Assembly: GCF_032444005.1 (NCBI RefSeq)
Contig: NC_091283.1
Location: forward strand, 500,464,001-500,528,000
From: Ranitomeya imitator
Lineage: Eukaryota
DNA length: 64,000 nt
Direction: 5' to 3'
The notes below the pieces were generated by a model. The model had not been told where the DNA came from and did not search any database. It saw nothing but the letters and a program-made list of their open reading frames with translations. Each line of letters starts with the position of its first letter. Position 1 is the stretch's first letter. This document shows positions 22,843 to 36,315 of this stretch, piece after piece. Position numbers and translations under genes: made by a program.

Positions 22843-24453
22843 GGTTTGACCCCATTGAGGCTCCATAGGCCAGTGACGTCACTCACTGCTTCGCAGTGTC
22901 GGCCATTTCTGCACGTGTATCCAGGGACGCCTCCGGCCGGGACGTCTCTGGTGCTACACGTAGCTACCACAGTCCTCACCTGCAGTACCCAAAGCCGCCG
23001 ATAACGATCGAGGCAGGCACCCGCATACCTATCTTCCAAGTAGACGGAATCAGCCCTCCGACAGAGCGGACCTCTAGATGCACTGACCAGCCAGCTGAAT
23101 CCGACGCAAGTAGCCGAGCAGCGCCGGGATCCCCATACGGCGGCACATAGTAGGTAACGGCAATATTACTAGTTACCATCTACTAATGCGGTGTACCAGT
23201 ATAGTATTTCAAGCTTAGCAGGAAAGCCACAATTAGTTACACTACGCACACAGAAGGTCAGCGCACCTCTCTCTTCCAAGTATATGCAAATTGACATATT
23301 GGTCAGTTAGTAATTGTTGCCATTTGCGGTCATAGGGAGTTTTGAGTCGTTACGCTGGAACCACTGACGGCATCCAGCCCTAGAAACCACTTGTAGCGTG
23401 GTACTCTTTATTTGTTTACTGGTCTTTTATCCCTGTTTGTCAGATTGGGCACATCATCTGACAGGAGTACCAGCGACACTTGTGTAGCCCACATCTACAG
23501 TTATAGCGCCAGTGTATATTCTTTTATTTACTGTATGAAGGTCTATATTGTCTGATCTAAAATCATAAGTCTGCAGTCACTGTTAGGCGTCGGGATTCTC
23601 CCCCTGTATGGGATAGATCCCAAACCTTATCTGCCTCTGCAGTCTCTCATTCGGACTAGGCTGCTGTGGGTGCTGCTTAGCATAGATGTCGGTCCCCGTG
23701 TCTTCCTCAGGCTCACAGTGTTCGTTTGGTTACTGCTCGATCTCCAGCTATATCTATGGCAATCAGTGATAGGCAGCTGAATTTTGATGCTCTGAAGTCT
23801 AAGTCCAGAAATTGCCTTACTGATAATGTCCGTGATGTGGCGTATTCCTATTGGTGGTCGGACATCTCCTGCTCTGGTGATGTGGCAGCTCCAGATTGGC
23901 CCACGGGCGATGTCTCAGCCGACTGGGCATGAGTGTTTGGGGTGGAGCCTTTTGTATAAAAGACTCCCAATTGTGCCCGTGGGCGCGCTAGTATCATTTT
24001 AGTATTGCTTTGTGAGTGGAGACTCTACCACTGTCTGCATGTGTTGCGTGTCCGTCTAGTTTCGGGACTCTACACATAAACAGGCAGCTAGCGTCAGTGG
24101 GGCAATTAGCCGTTGGCTTAGCATGTGGTTCCTGCATGTGTGCGATTAGCACAGTAGAGTCTCAGAGCAAGTCCAACCCTAGTCAGGGTATTATACGCAG
24201 CATCTGTTTCGTTCCCATGTGCAATTGTTGCAGTGCTAGTTCTATCCATATACTTTAGTCCTATGATGTTTAAAAGGGCACTGCACTTAGTAATCTTCTG
24301 TTCAGTACCACTCTGTTAATTAACTGAGCAGGGTACTCTGCATTCCGTTCACACTGTGTGGCCTTAACTCTGTGTGCACGAGGAATCGCTCGCTGTTGAG
24401 CTTCCGCCATTGTTCACTAGCAGCAGTTTTCCATCTCTGCACAGTGGACCCGG

Positions 24454-25359
24454 TGTAACAGGCCAGATTAACCCCCCCGCCCAGAATATACCCCAGGTTA
24501 AAGTGGCCTAGGCCAGTTTATACCCCTCTGGGCCAGAATATGCCCCAGCTGCTGTAGGTCAGATTTTCCACACATTTGAGAACCATTGAGTGATATACTT
24601 AATAACGGGGCCCCAGTCAGTGCACAGGGGCCCCAGGCAGCACACAGCGCCCAAGACAGCGCACAGGGGGGCAGAGACAGCACATGGCACAGGGGTCCCA
24701 GACATCGCACAGGGGCCCCAGACATCACACAGGATTGAGTGATATACTCAAGAATGGGGCCCCAGGCAGCATACAGGGGCCCCAGACATTACACAGTGGC
24801 CCCAGACATCACACAGGGCCCCAGACATTGCACAGGGGCCTAAGACATCACACAGGGGCTCCAGACATCAGGATTCAGTGATATATTCAAGAACAGGGCC
24901 CCAGACATTACACAGATGGTCCCAAACAGTGCACAGGGGGTCACAGACAGCCCACAGGGGGGCAGAGACAGCACAAGGGGCACTGCATGCTGCCTCTTCC
25001 CCCCCTTGCGTGCTGTCTCTTCTCCCCCTTGGGTGCTGTCTGGGACCCCCTGTGCAATGTCTGGGGCCTGTTCTTGAGTATATCACTCAATCCTGTGTGA
25101 TGTCTGGAGCCCCTGTGAGATGTCTGGGGCCCTTGTTCAATATGCAGTATCTTGGGCCCCTGTGTGATGTCTGGGGCCTCTGTGCGATGTGCGCTTTCTC
25201 TGCCCCTGTGTGCTTCCAGGGGCTCCTGTATGCCTGGGGCCCCCATGTGCATTCTCAAAAGCCTGAAAAATCTGATATACAGCAACTGGGGTATATACTG
25301 GCCTAGGCCACTTTAACCTCGGTTATATTCTGGGCGGGGGGTAAATCTGGCCTTTTACA
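24454..25359. mobile_element. Non-autonomous foldback element with TGT..ACA TIRs and CCGG TSD (Ginger-like)
   Basis: CCGG|tgtaacaggccagattaacccccccgcccagaata ... tattctgggcggggggtaaatctggccttttaca|CCGG; internal ggccccagacatcacaca minisatellite in both orientations. Confidence 0.65.
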
Positions 25360-26368
25360 CCGGGTTGCAATTGCACTGTATTACTTACCGTATATACTCG
25401 AGTATCAGCGGACCCGAGTATAAGCTGACCTCCCTAATTTTGCCTCAAAAAACTGGGAAAACTTAATGACTCGAGTATAAGCCTAGGGTGGAAAATGCAG
25501 CAGCTACCGGTAAATTTCAAAAATAAAAATAGGTACCAATAAAAGTAAAATTAATTGAGATATCAGTAGGTTAAGTGTTTTTGAATATCCATATTGAATC
25601 AGGAACACCATATAATGCTCCATACTGTGAAAAGCTAAACCAGAAAGAACACAACCCTAAAAATTTCTTTATTTATAAATATTTTAAAAGACCAAAAGAT
25701 CAACACTAAGCAAATACATAAATTACCATCACCAAACTGAAGCTGGTTATTGGTACAGGGGTACTGATCTGAAAAATATCAGATAAAAAAAATGGTACAT
25801 AAACCTAGTATGGCCCTATTGGAGTCCTATAAAAGCTGTACCTTCCTGACAGTGGAGGTTGGCACCCTAAATTCGACACAGCGCTCCCACTCCGCGACGA
25901 CTGTCAAATCTTTCCCTGAAGGCCCTGTCAGCTACCCACACCCAACACCCACCACCATGCACTCAAATAGGTAATTCCTTTGGCTGTAGAAATGAGAACA
26001 TAGGGGACTACAGATTGCCCTCATATTTTAAACTCATTCTGTAGCTGTCATTGGCATGACTGAGGGAAAATCCCCCCCCCCCCAAAAAAAAGCAATATAT
26101 ATTGTCATTAGGTTTCAGTCTTGCATTCAGTATCCAGATCTACTCTTTAGTCAATTAGAAGCCAAAAAGGAATATAATAGTTTCATAGCAAGCTCTGGTG
26201 AAGCCCAATAAATATATACATTCACCGAATTCTCCTGATTAATATGCCATGTACGACCATGCCGCACATAATATCAAATGTACTGCCATAGATGTGGCCA
26301 GCAGGCTATCAAAACTAAAACAAGTTACTTATCTGAGTCACGTAAATTGTTTCATAGTCCACATCCCA

Positions 26369-27296
26369 TAATAATAATAATAATTTTTATTTATATAGCG
26401 CCAACATATTCAGCAGCACTTTACAATTAAGCGGGACATGTACAGACAATAAATTCAATACAAGTTAAGACAATTTAAACAGTGAAATTAGGGGTGAGGT
26501 CCCTGCTCGCAAGCTTACAATCTACAAGGAAATGGGGGGGGACACAATAGGTGAAAAGTGCTTGTTATTTCAGGTCTGGCAATTATAATAAATAGGGATT
26601 TTCATATAAAGCTGCATGATCCGGTCATCAGCCCGTGTGTTTAAGTGCAATAGTCAAGTATCAAGTGCAGTTATCATGTGTATGGAGGGTGTGGAGACAG
26701 ATGAATAGGAGGGTGCAGATTCAGAGTAATATTTGGAAGGAGGGAACAGGGCAAAGTTAGTTTACTGAGTAGTTGATGTGGTAGGCTTGTTTGAAGAGAA
26801 GGGTTTTTAAAGTGCTCTTGAATAGGTCGGGGCTAGGTATCAGTCTGATCGTCTGGGGAAGTGCATTCCAGAGAGCTGGCGCAGCATGAGAGAAGTCTTG
26901 GAGACGGAGGTGCGAGGTTCGGATTATGAGGGATGTTAGTTTTAGGTCATTTGTAGAACGGAGGGCACGCGTAGGGCGAAAGACAGAGATGAGAGAGGAG
27001 ATATAAGGCGGTGCAGAACTGTGGAGAGCTTTGTGGGTGAGAGATGAGTTTATACTGGACCCTGTAGCGAATGGGTAGCCAGTGTAATGACTGGCACAAG
27101 ATGGAGGCATCGGTGAAGCGGCTGGACAGAAATATGACCCTGGCTCAAGATGGATTGGAGAGGAGAAAGTTTGGTAAGAGGGAGACTGATCAGAAGAGAG
27201 TTGCAGTAGTCCAGACGAGAATGAACACAAGCGACAGTAAGAGTCTTAGCAGTTTCAAAGGTGAGAAAAGATCAGATACTGGAGATGTTTTTAATG
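26369..27296 (-). mobile_element. L2-clade LINE 3' fragment
   Basis: ORF2 C-terminus KALHSSAPPYI..RALRS..AAPALWNALP..FKSTLKTLLF; (TAA)n-type tail at 26369-26383. Confidence 0.85.
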
Positions 27297-28060
27297 CCCC
27301 ATAATGCTCCATACAGTTCATGATGGGCCCCATAAGATAATCCATACAAAATACGGCCCATATAATGCTCCATACAGTTTATGATGGGCCCCATAAGATG
27401 CTCCATACAGTTCATGATGGGCCCCATAAGATGCTCCATATTAAAATATGCCCCATATAATGCTGCACAAAGGTTAATAATGGCCCCATAAGATGTTCCA
27501 TAGACACATTTTCCCCATACAGTACTGCATTAAGGGTAATAAGGGCCCCATAAGATGCTCAATAGACACATTTGCCTTGTATAATTCTCCACAAATGCTG
27601 ATTATGGCCCCATAAGATGCTCCATAGAGATATTTGCCCCATATAATGCTGCACATGGCCCCATAGAATGCTGCACATGGCCCCATAAGATGCTCCATAC
27701 AGATATTTGCCCCATATAATGATGCACATGGCCTCATACAGATATTTGCCCCATATAATGCTGCACATGGCCCCATACAGATATTTGCCCCATATAATGC
27801 TGCACATGGCCCCATACAGATATTTGCCCCATATAATGCTGTACATGGCCCCATACAGATATTTGCCCCATATAATGCTGGACATGGCCCCATACAAATT
27901 TTTGCCCCATATAATGCTGCAAAAGGGCCCCATACAGATATTTGCCCCATATAATGCTGCACAAGCACATCCCCATATGATGCTCCATACAGATATTTGC
28001 CCCCATATAATGCTGCACATGGCCCCATAAGATGCTCCATCCAGACATTTGCTCCATATG
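27297..28060. repeat. ~39-bp minisatellite (ccccatacagatatttgccccatataatgctgcacatgg)
   Basis: Direct tandem units, most homogeneous at 27700-27960. Confidence 0.85.
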
Positions 28061-29749
28061 TTGTTGCTCCAATTTAAAAAAAATCACATACTCCCCTCTC
28101 GTCGCTCAGGCCCCCGGCACTTGCTATTTTCACCGGTCTGCATTCCACTGACGGCCGCCGCTATGTCTTTCCCATCCTCCACACTGACGTTCAGGCAGAG
28201 GGAGGCGCGCACACTAATTGCATCACCGCGCCCTCTGACCTGAGCGTCAATGCAGAGGACGGGGAAGACACATCGGCGGCCGTCGGTGAATATCGCTCAC
28301 TGCGTTATACTCATCTGCTCCTGGCGCGGTGCAGTCCCTGGTTCTTCGGCGCCAGCAGCTTCTTCCTGTATTGAGCGGTCATATGGTACCGCTCATTAGA
28401 GTAATGAATATTCGGCTCCACTCCTATGGGAGTCTATATTCATTACTGTAATGAGCAGTACCATGTGACCGCTCACTACAGGAAGAAGCTGTCAGCGCCC
28501 GGAGAACCAGGGACATGCAGGGACCGCGCCAGGAGCAGGTGAGTATTATTAGACAGCTGCTGCTCCCCCTCCCCTGCCGACCCCTGGGTATGACTCGAGT
28601 ATAAGCTGAGAGGGGCAATTTCAGCCTAAAAAAAATGGGCTGAAATTCTCGGCTTATACTCGAGTATATGCGGTATATTTATTTAGTGCAATCCGCCAAC
28701 CCTAACACACTCTGTGTGATTCGCTAGTTTCTGAGCTATTATAGAATTTATAATAGATATAACTCATGTGATGTAAGAAGTAAGTGAAATCTTTGGCATT
28801 GTACTATACCTTTATTTCTCTGCCGTATCTGTGCATCATGAATTGTGGTATGTGTTAAAGGTGACCACCGAGACTCTTTAGTGGCTGTCACTATTGCTTT
28901 ACAGCTCTAGGGGTCTATTAGACCCTATGTATCAATTTTGTCTAGATTTAGGTTTTGCTCAAACTCAAAAATCAGTCCCAGTCTCATCCAAGATTTTGAT
29001 CTCACTTGTCATCCATGTCCTGTCCATGTGCAATATGAGTTTTTACTCAGCAGCTGTTAGTCATTTACAGGACCTTTTATCGTTTGCTATATTACAGAAC
29101 TGCAATGTATCCATAAAAATCAGACGCCATATTGATGCTCCGTTTGGCATGCAATTTTTTTCTCAAACTTAACCGATTGCAGCTGAGAAAAAATACCCAG
29201 ATCTGCACTGCAGATTTTTTATTGACTTGCACTCGTCAAATTTCTATTCCAGTGAGAGTAAACCCTTAAGGTGTTTTAAAAACCAATAGTAGTTCCAAAG
29301 CCACAAGTCTTGATTGGAGAGTTGGAGAGTTTCTACTGTGAAAACTCAGCAAAACATCTTGCACCATTTATCCTCTTTTAGGCCTCATTCAGATATCGGT
29401 GATTTTTTATCTACGCAGAAAATGGTCAATGTGTTCTCATCTGATTTTCACCAGTGTTTGGTCAGGGGGTCTGTTTTTATCATCCCTGATTTTCACAAAT
29501 GAAAATATGAATAAATAAATTGCCAATCTTATCCTATTCATTACGATGTAGACAATGACACTGTCCTTGTGCAATCCATAATTCATCATTTTCATGGACC
29601 CATAGACTAGTATAAACAGCTCCATATAGTATAATGTGTACGTGTAAAACATATATGAAGATACTCATTTTTTCCTGCATATACAGTAAATGTGTGATAA
29701 TGCCATTTTAATAACTGACAACAGCATTTAATTTTGCACAAGAAAGATC

Positions 29750-29755
29750 TTTATT
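29750..29755 (-). terminator. Poly(A) signal of keratin B
   Basis: AATAAA on the minus strand ~130 bp after the stop. Confidence 0.6.
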
Positions 29756-29883
29756 AAAGAACCCAAAACAATGCTTAGAAGAAAAAGCAAAGAATTCCGC
29801 AATCAGTATATCAATGTCACACCACCCGTTTTTGCTATGTAGGAAATCTACGTCATAATGATGGCTTTCTGACAATAGAGCTG

Positions 29884-32800
29884 CTAACATTTGGTGTGGT
29901 GGACATGCTCAGGAGTGTGGACGATCTTCACAGAATGGTGAGACACTGTGGAAGAAGGAAACAAGAAGACAGAAATTAACTCTTCATTATTATATATGTT
30001 AAGACACGTCTGTTGCACCTCTGCCACATAAGTAGACCCTATTTTTATATTTGGGGACACAGGAGCTTCATGTTACACCTCTGGCCCAGGGTTAAGCTGC
30101 ATCTTCATACCCTAAGCAACCAGTAAGATTTCAGTTCTCACTTTTTCTAGCCCTTTAAATGCATACAATCTTCCACCTGATTGGCTACTATGAGCAAATT
30201 CTTTATTCTTAACTGGCACATTGTTTTGTTAAATTTCCCAAAGGGCTGCTAGTCACTCTAAGTATTATTATTGGGTGGGAATAGAACTACAGAGAAATAG
30301 TTTGGGTGTCCCAGTATTTTTGCCAATATTTCTGAAAGAGTCCAACACAGTTTTCACAGTGAACACCATTAATTTTAGACCTTTGCCCGCATACTTAATG
30401 GCCAGTAACTACTGGTTTGTGTGCCTCAGACAAAGTCATGTCATTCTCTCTAGAAACATTACAATGCCACCTTGGAGAAGAGGTGGACGGGCCTTACAGT
30501 GGGAGGGGATGAAGAACGAATGATATCAGTTAACATTAGTATTTATGGGAAATATATAGTTACATTTAGGTTCGGGGGCAAAAGTTGCTTCAAATTAAAA
30601 AATGCCTTTAAGAGGAAAATATCCAATCTTTGTCCTCAGATGGCACCATATAATTCAGTTCTTTTTAAACTTACCGTCTTTGGTGCTTGAATGGTGGTGC
30701 CCAGTAACACTGGAAAGGGTAAAATAGAAATTAGTCAAAATCTTATACAAGAAGGACAGTCAATTCATTAGTTCTATAAGTCATATAAGATAATATCAGC
30801 CTTTAATGTTTAGAATTCAAATACATTTTTTGAATGGACAGACACATCAAATTATTCCTTCATATGAAGAGCTTCCAAAGTTAAACGGATCTGTCACTAG
30901 ATTTCACAAGACATTGTTAAGTAATATAAACCTCTTTGACCTGCCAAGGCTGGTGTACATATTTTGAGAATTCCTATTGGAATGGCTATTAAATTCTGAT
31001 ATTGGGATCATTATATTATGATTCTAGCTAGAGCTGGGCTAAAATTTTCATTTTAAAACAGGCAGAAAAATTTTCCAAAAGGATTATATGTTGCTAATCT
31101 GACATGGAATTTTAAAGAAAGTACACCAACCTTTCCAGGGCTTTGAGATGTAATTAATATAGTTTGCTTTGTGAATTCTAACAACATCTCCTATTTAATT
31201 ATGAAAAATTGTTATAAAAATAAAATTGCTACTACGTACTGGATATCATGACCCTCCAGAAGGCGCTTGTATGTGGCAATCTCCATTTCCAGATGTGTTT
31301 TCTGATCCATTAAGATCTTGTATTCATGGTTCTGACGCTCTAGGTCTGCACGGATCTGTGACAACTCGGACTCAACATTGTTGATCAGGCATTGTAACTG
31401 AGAAAGCTGGGAACCGAAAGTGGCCTCTGTCTCAGCCAATGTACCTTCCAAAGCTGATTTCTGTGGAATGAAATGAAGACATAAATGAGGTGCGGATTGT
31501 CTTCTGCAGAATCTTTTGGGTCTACGATTGTGTCAGACCTGGGCCTATCAATGATTTCCCCAGTACTCTGATAAACCATCCTACCTTCAAGTGCTCACAT
31601 ACATGGTTTATCGGATAGCACTCTTCCCAATGTTATACTATGGAGAAGTCCAGATCTGCGATTATTTTCTTATGCAGATTCAAATACTGTATATGGGTGA
31701 GTATGAAACATCGAATTGCATATACGCTCACAGAGACAATCGAGAAGATGGAGAAATTAAGTTCTCTGTCTTCTCTCCATCTGTGATACAATTCACTCAT
31801 GTGAGAGAATCAGATCACACTGAAATGACACTTGGATCAAACTCCGACATAGTGTCATTAGCATAATCAGCCCTATTCTCTTGCATGAGAGAATCTGCAG
31901 TAGTGTGAGCGAGCCCTAAATCTGGTATAACCAAATGTTTACTAATACCTTGTGGTGCTACACTTACCATGCTTTGTTGGCTTTGTAGTTCAATCTCAAG
32001 GGTCTGGACATTGCGTCTTAATTCAATGACCTCAGTTTGGACAGATTGCAGTTGTTCAGAACCGGATGCCATCTGACGATTCAGTTCTTCACTCTAGTAC
32101 ATGGGATGCATAAAATTCTAAATGAAGACTCATATAAATATTTATTTATATAATGTATGGTCTGATATCTTTATGGCATAGTAATGTGTTGTACAATGCT
32201 TAGCGTTCAAGAAACATTTGCAATGTGTGTTTTGCAGACCAGTCAATTTAAATAATTTTGGTAAATATTTATTCTGCATAATGGCACTGCCAATAAAGGA
32301 ATGTGCTATGATCTTACAGAGAGATGTTTTGAATTATCAGCAAACCAAGTGGTTAGGCACAGTATTACAAGAAAACCTGCAAAGGTTTTATTGTGAACAA
32401 TTTCATTTTCCTGATATCTCAAAGCAACTGACACGTGCTGTATTCATATTGCTATGTTTAGCCATGTTTCTTCAGTATGAATGAAATATCTTTAGCCCTG
32501 CAGTAAAATAAAAGTACATACCCTTTGAAGGAACATGCTCTCAACTTCCCTCATGTTTCTTTCCATCATGTTTTCATATTGCTCACGGATCTCAGATAAT
32601 ACTCTGTTCATATCCATTGATGGAGCAGCATCCACCTCCACATTGACTCTAGCACCCAACTGTGCACGCAGAGAGTTTACTTCCTACAAAAACAAACAAA
32701 ACAGATATTGATACGCAAAACAGTAAGACCCCTTGTGTTTATTGCCAGATGAATTTTATTTACTATAGAAGGTATCATTATATGACAAACATCACCTCCT

Positions 32801-34053
32801 CATGGTTCCTCTTCATATGTTGCAGCTCCTCTTGTAGGCTCTGAACTTGACCCTCCAAGTCACATACTTCCCGGGTCAGCTCATCTAGCACACGACGCAA
32901 TCCATTAACATCAGACTCAACATTGTTTCTAAGTCTTAGTTCCATCTCATACCTACATAAAAGGACAATACAACCACCAGAATTAAGATTAGGACAGCTT
33001 TAACGGTTACCAGTAACTGTGTCTACATATTTTGACTAACATATTTAACAATTCTGATTTAGACTACTGTGTTAGTAACATACTTATTCTTGAAATCATC
33101 TGCAGCCAGCCTGGCATTGTCGATTTGAAGGACAATTCTGGCATTTTCAATAGTCGCAGAAGATATCTAAACAAAATAAAAAAAATGATAGTAGATTAGA
33201 AGGGGTCTTCCATAGGTTTCTCACTCCTAATGTCATAGATCTATAAATGAGTACAGTCAGTCAATTGTTGACAATTATATATTCTCCCAATATTCAATGC
33301 CTCCTTAAGCAAGTTCCAGGTCTGAATATATATAGATGGTACATACTGTACAAAGCTTCACAGTGGTGTATTTCATGCACATTTAGAATATATTATTTAG
33401 AATTTAAATATATCGTATATTATAATAATTGTCATTACAATGCATGTGTGTTTATTTATAAATGCCAAATATTATATAATCCTCACCTGTCCTTGAAGAT
33501 CCTGAATGGTCCTAAAGTAGCAGCTAAAATCAGGAATAGAGCTGGGTTGGTTCTTTTCATACCATTCTCTTATATTCCTCTCCAGCTGGGCATTTTCTTG
33601 TTCTAATGATCTAACTTTTTCAAGATATGAAGCAAGTCGATCATTTAGATGTTGCATGGTTTCTTTCTCATTGACATTGAAGAGACCATCACTCTTCCAG
33701 CCACTGTGGCCTCCAAAGCTGCCAAAGTGAATGCTGTGACCATGCGCACTTCCAAATCCACATCCATGACCTATAGAACTATGCTTGGAAATAGAGATTC
33801 CTTTCCCTCCAGATCCTCCATGGACACTTGGGGTCCTGTAGTGACCTCCATGATGGGAAAGACTTGAGCTCCCATGATGTAACTTATGGAATCCTCCATG
33901 AAGAGACCCATGAGATGGTCCATGATGGGAAATTTTATGTGAATCCCCATGATGAAGCTTATGGTGGAGAGTTGAGATATGACTGGTGATCTTATGGCTG
34001 GTTCCCTTGATGGACCCAGCTGTAGAATGACCTGACTTAATACAGTGGCTCAT
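29884..34053 (-). CDS. His-rich type I keratin B, complete, 8 exons, 470 aa
   Basis: Exons 34053-33487, 33166-33084 (83), 32952-32796 (157), 32683-32522 (162), 32093-31968 (126), 31460-31240 (221), 30709-30675 (35), 29945-29884; all GT-AG; [37 protein letters not shown]; ends HHTKC*. Confidence 0.95.
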
Positions 34054-34118
34054 GTTGAGAGACTTGCAAGAATCAGCTTACAAAACAGCTTCTTTGAAAA
34101 CCCAAGTGAAGGAGCTCA

Positions 34119-34125
34119 TTTTATA
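34119..34125 (-). promoter_or_regulatory. TATA box of keratin B
   Basis: TATAAAA ~70 bp upstream of ATG. Confidence 0.7.
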
Positions 34126-36315
34126 AAAAGCACAGGGGGTGTTGCAGAACGTTAAATGCTTTACAAGCATCATAGTTTGTTTCATTTGCCGGTTGATGTG
34201 ATTTATATAGAAGTCATTTCTATGATTGCTTAAGAAAGATCATAGGGAAGGTGGAATCTGTGACAAGTTTATTATAGAGCTGTTCAACAGCGTTATATTC
34301 ACCACACCTATAGAGCTAGAACAAAAGGTTTGAAAGTCAGCATTATGGACACATGAAAGACTGCTTGTGGCTATTAATATATATTGAAAATATGATTTCT
34401 TGGTAACTGAAAATTGATAAAATTACTTTGGACAAAAAGTCACATAAAGTCATTTCAAATATATAGATAATTCCTTTTTTTCACTTTAGACTACATTTAG
34501 ATAGACCAACTGGCCATTAAATGACCGTCGATCGGGTATATGCAAGCCGATCCGCAATCATTTAATGGCATGTTTAGAAAGTCTGATCACACTCTGATTT
34601 GCACAGAACGATCATTAGTAGATTGTTCTGTGAGCACAGAACATCATGTTCTTGGCAGCACATTTCCTGTTTCATAGGAAGGTGTGCAGCCAAGAACGAT
34701 GATTTTTAAGCTTGCTTAGACAATCTGATAGTCGGGAAATGAGCGGTCCTAGTATTACCTCTTCCCGATTATCAGCCGGATTAAATGGGACAATATTTCC
34801 CAGTGAAAAGTCAAATAGAGAGTTTTCAATTTGCCTGTGTAATGCAATTTAATTCAAATAACATAGATTTTTGTTATTAAAGGGAATCTGTCAACACAGA
34901 ATGACTGTTCAAATCAAGCACAGGCGATCGGTGCTTCATGGCGGGGTCATTCATTTATATACACCATCCCACCTACTTGGTTTCCGTCTATCTCCACCCT
35001 TCTCTGGCTCTATGAAGCCAGAGCTGACAATCAAATAAGAAGGGTGGAGATTGAGAGAAAAAAAGCAGGTGGGAAGGTGCATATAAATGATTAGTCCCAC
35101 AATGAAGCACCGAGTTTCGGGAACAGTCAGTGCTGAAAGAGTTCCGCCAGGACAAAATGGAGGTACTGAGTCAACAGATTGAATGTTCTAAATCAGGGCA
35201 TGAGGAATATACAATTTCCACAATCCCTCATTGTAAAGGATTAATTTCTTCTTGACAATGCTAAGGGAACTGCAAAGGTAGACCTTGATTTTACTAAGGA
35301 ATGGGATTAAACACCTTGCTTTTTATGAATTTAAGGGGGTCAAAATCTTCATGTGTAAGTCTAGAAGATCCCTTAAGAATCATCAATATGGGGAACAGAA
35401 GATTTTCGTAGAGAATTAACACTTTGATGTATTCTACTTTTTTCTAATCTCATGTAACATATTTAATTGTACCCTGTTATGATATGTTATGTTTTGAGAA
35501 ATTATAGAAATAAAGTACAAATAGACAATACAACAATATGCAATAGGCAGAAGAAACCTTTTATTTATGAAGTATTAAAAGGGCAAATGGCAGCAATATA
35601 CAATATTACATAACACAAATACTAGGTAAGTATAACACAAGCAATGGTTAGACTTTAGGGCATGGAGCCAAACAATAGGCCATAGTTCCCATTATTGATG
35701 ATGCACTAGGATGCTTTTCCAGTATTGGGTACTATTATTATCACGTTGAATATTTAAGTGAAGGAGCTAATGTATTTTTTTTTTCTTTTCGAAACAGCAA
35801 TACTCTTGTTTATGGTTATGTATAGTAGAATAGTTCAATCCCATTCATTTGAACTGGGATGAGCTGCAATACCAAAAACTACCTTTAAATAAGAGTGGCA
35901 CAGTTTTTCAACCCTAAACAACTTCTTTAAGAATGCTAATGAATATAATTTAATGGTATACAGTAGGGTGACTGTTGTCAGTCTTGTGCAATAAATTCAT
36001 TGTAAATTTTTCCATTTGTACCATATTCCAAATACTAAAAGCCTATTATCTAAATAAGTAAGAAGATATAATGAAGGATATTGTTAGATGAGAGGATGGC
36101 AAAATTATTTTTTTGACAATTTTGATATTAGCCCCAAGACCCTAAACACGTAAAACTCACTGGACAGTCATACTAACATAAATAGTTGTAGATATGCATT
36201 ATACATGGACATCAAAAGCTCATAGAATAAAGCCCATCCCATCTTCAGTCTACACTGGACCAGATTTTCAACTGGTGTTCACATTGTTCTGTGATGCATC
36301 CTCACGATTGGATGA

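Larger units (their letters stand above)
25388..28673. mobile_element. pogo/Tc2-like non-autonomous element carrying minisatellites and nested retro-fragments
   Basis: TA|ccgtatatactcgagtat ... atactcgagtatatgcgg|TA; CpG-rich hairpin ~28300-28530. Confidence 0.8.
23581..28707 (+). mobile_element. Solo Gypsy LTR interrupted by two nested DNA elements
   Basis: TGTTAGG at 23581, CCCTAACA ending 28707; TATA 23955; U5 gtggacccgggttgc split at 24454-25359 and again at 25388-28673; only 3 bp (CAC) of TSD match. Confidence 0.8.

Noticed and set aside
18102-23541. 13-bp repeat tactgtatgaagg at 18102-18114 and 23529-23541 as the PLE target-site duplication
   Set aside because: Sequence after 23541 does not resume the minisatellite host, which seems to resume near 28790; chance match or microhomology.
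27474-28087. Repetitive ORFs (MGPCAALYGANIC etc.)
   Set aside because: Minisatellite translations.
28900-29650. Additional decayed MITE fragments (also ~16050-16130, 34490-35150, 56150-56420)
   Set aside because: Ends and TSDs too degraded to delimit with confidence.
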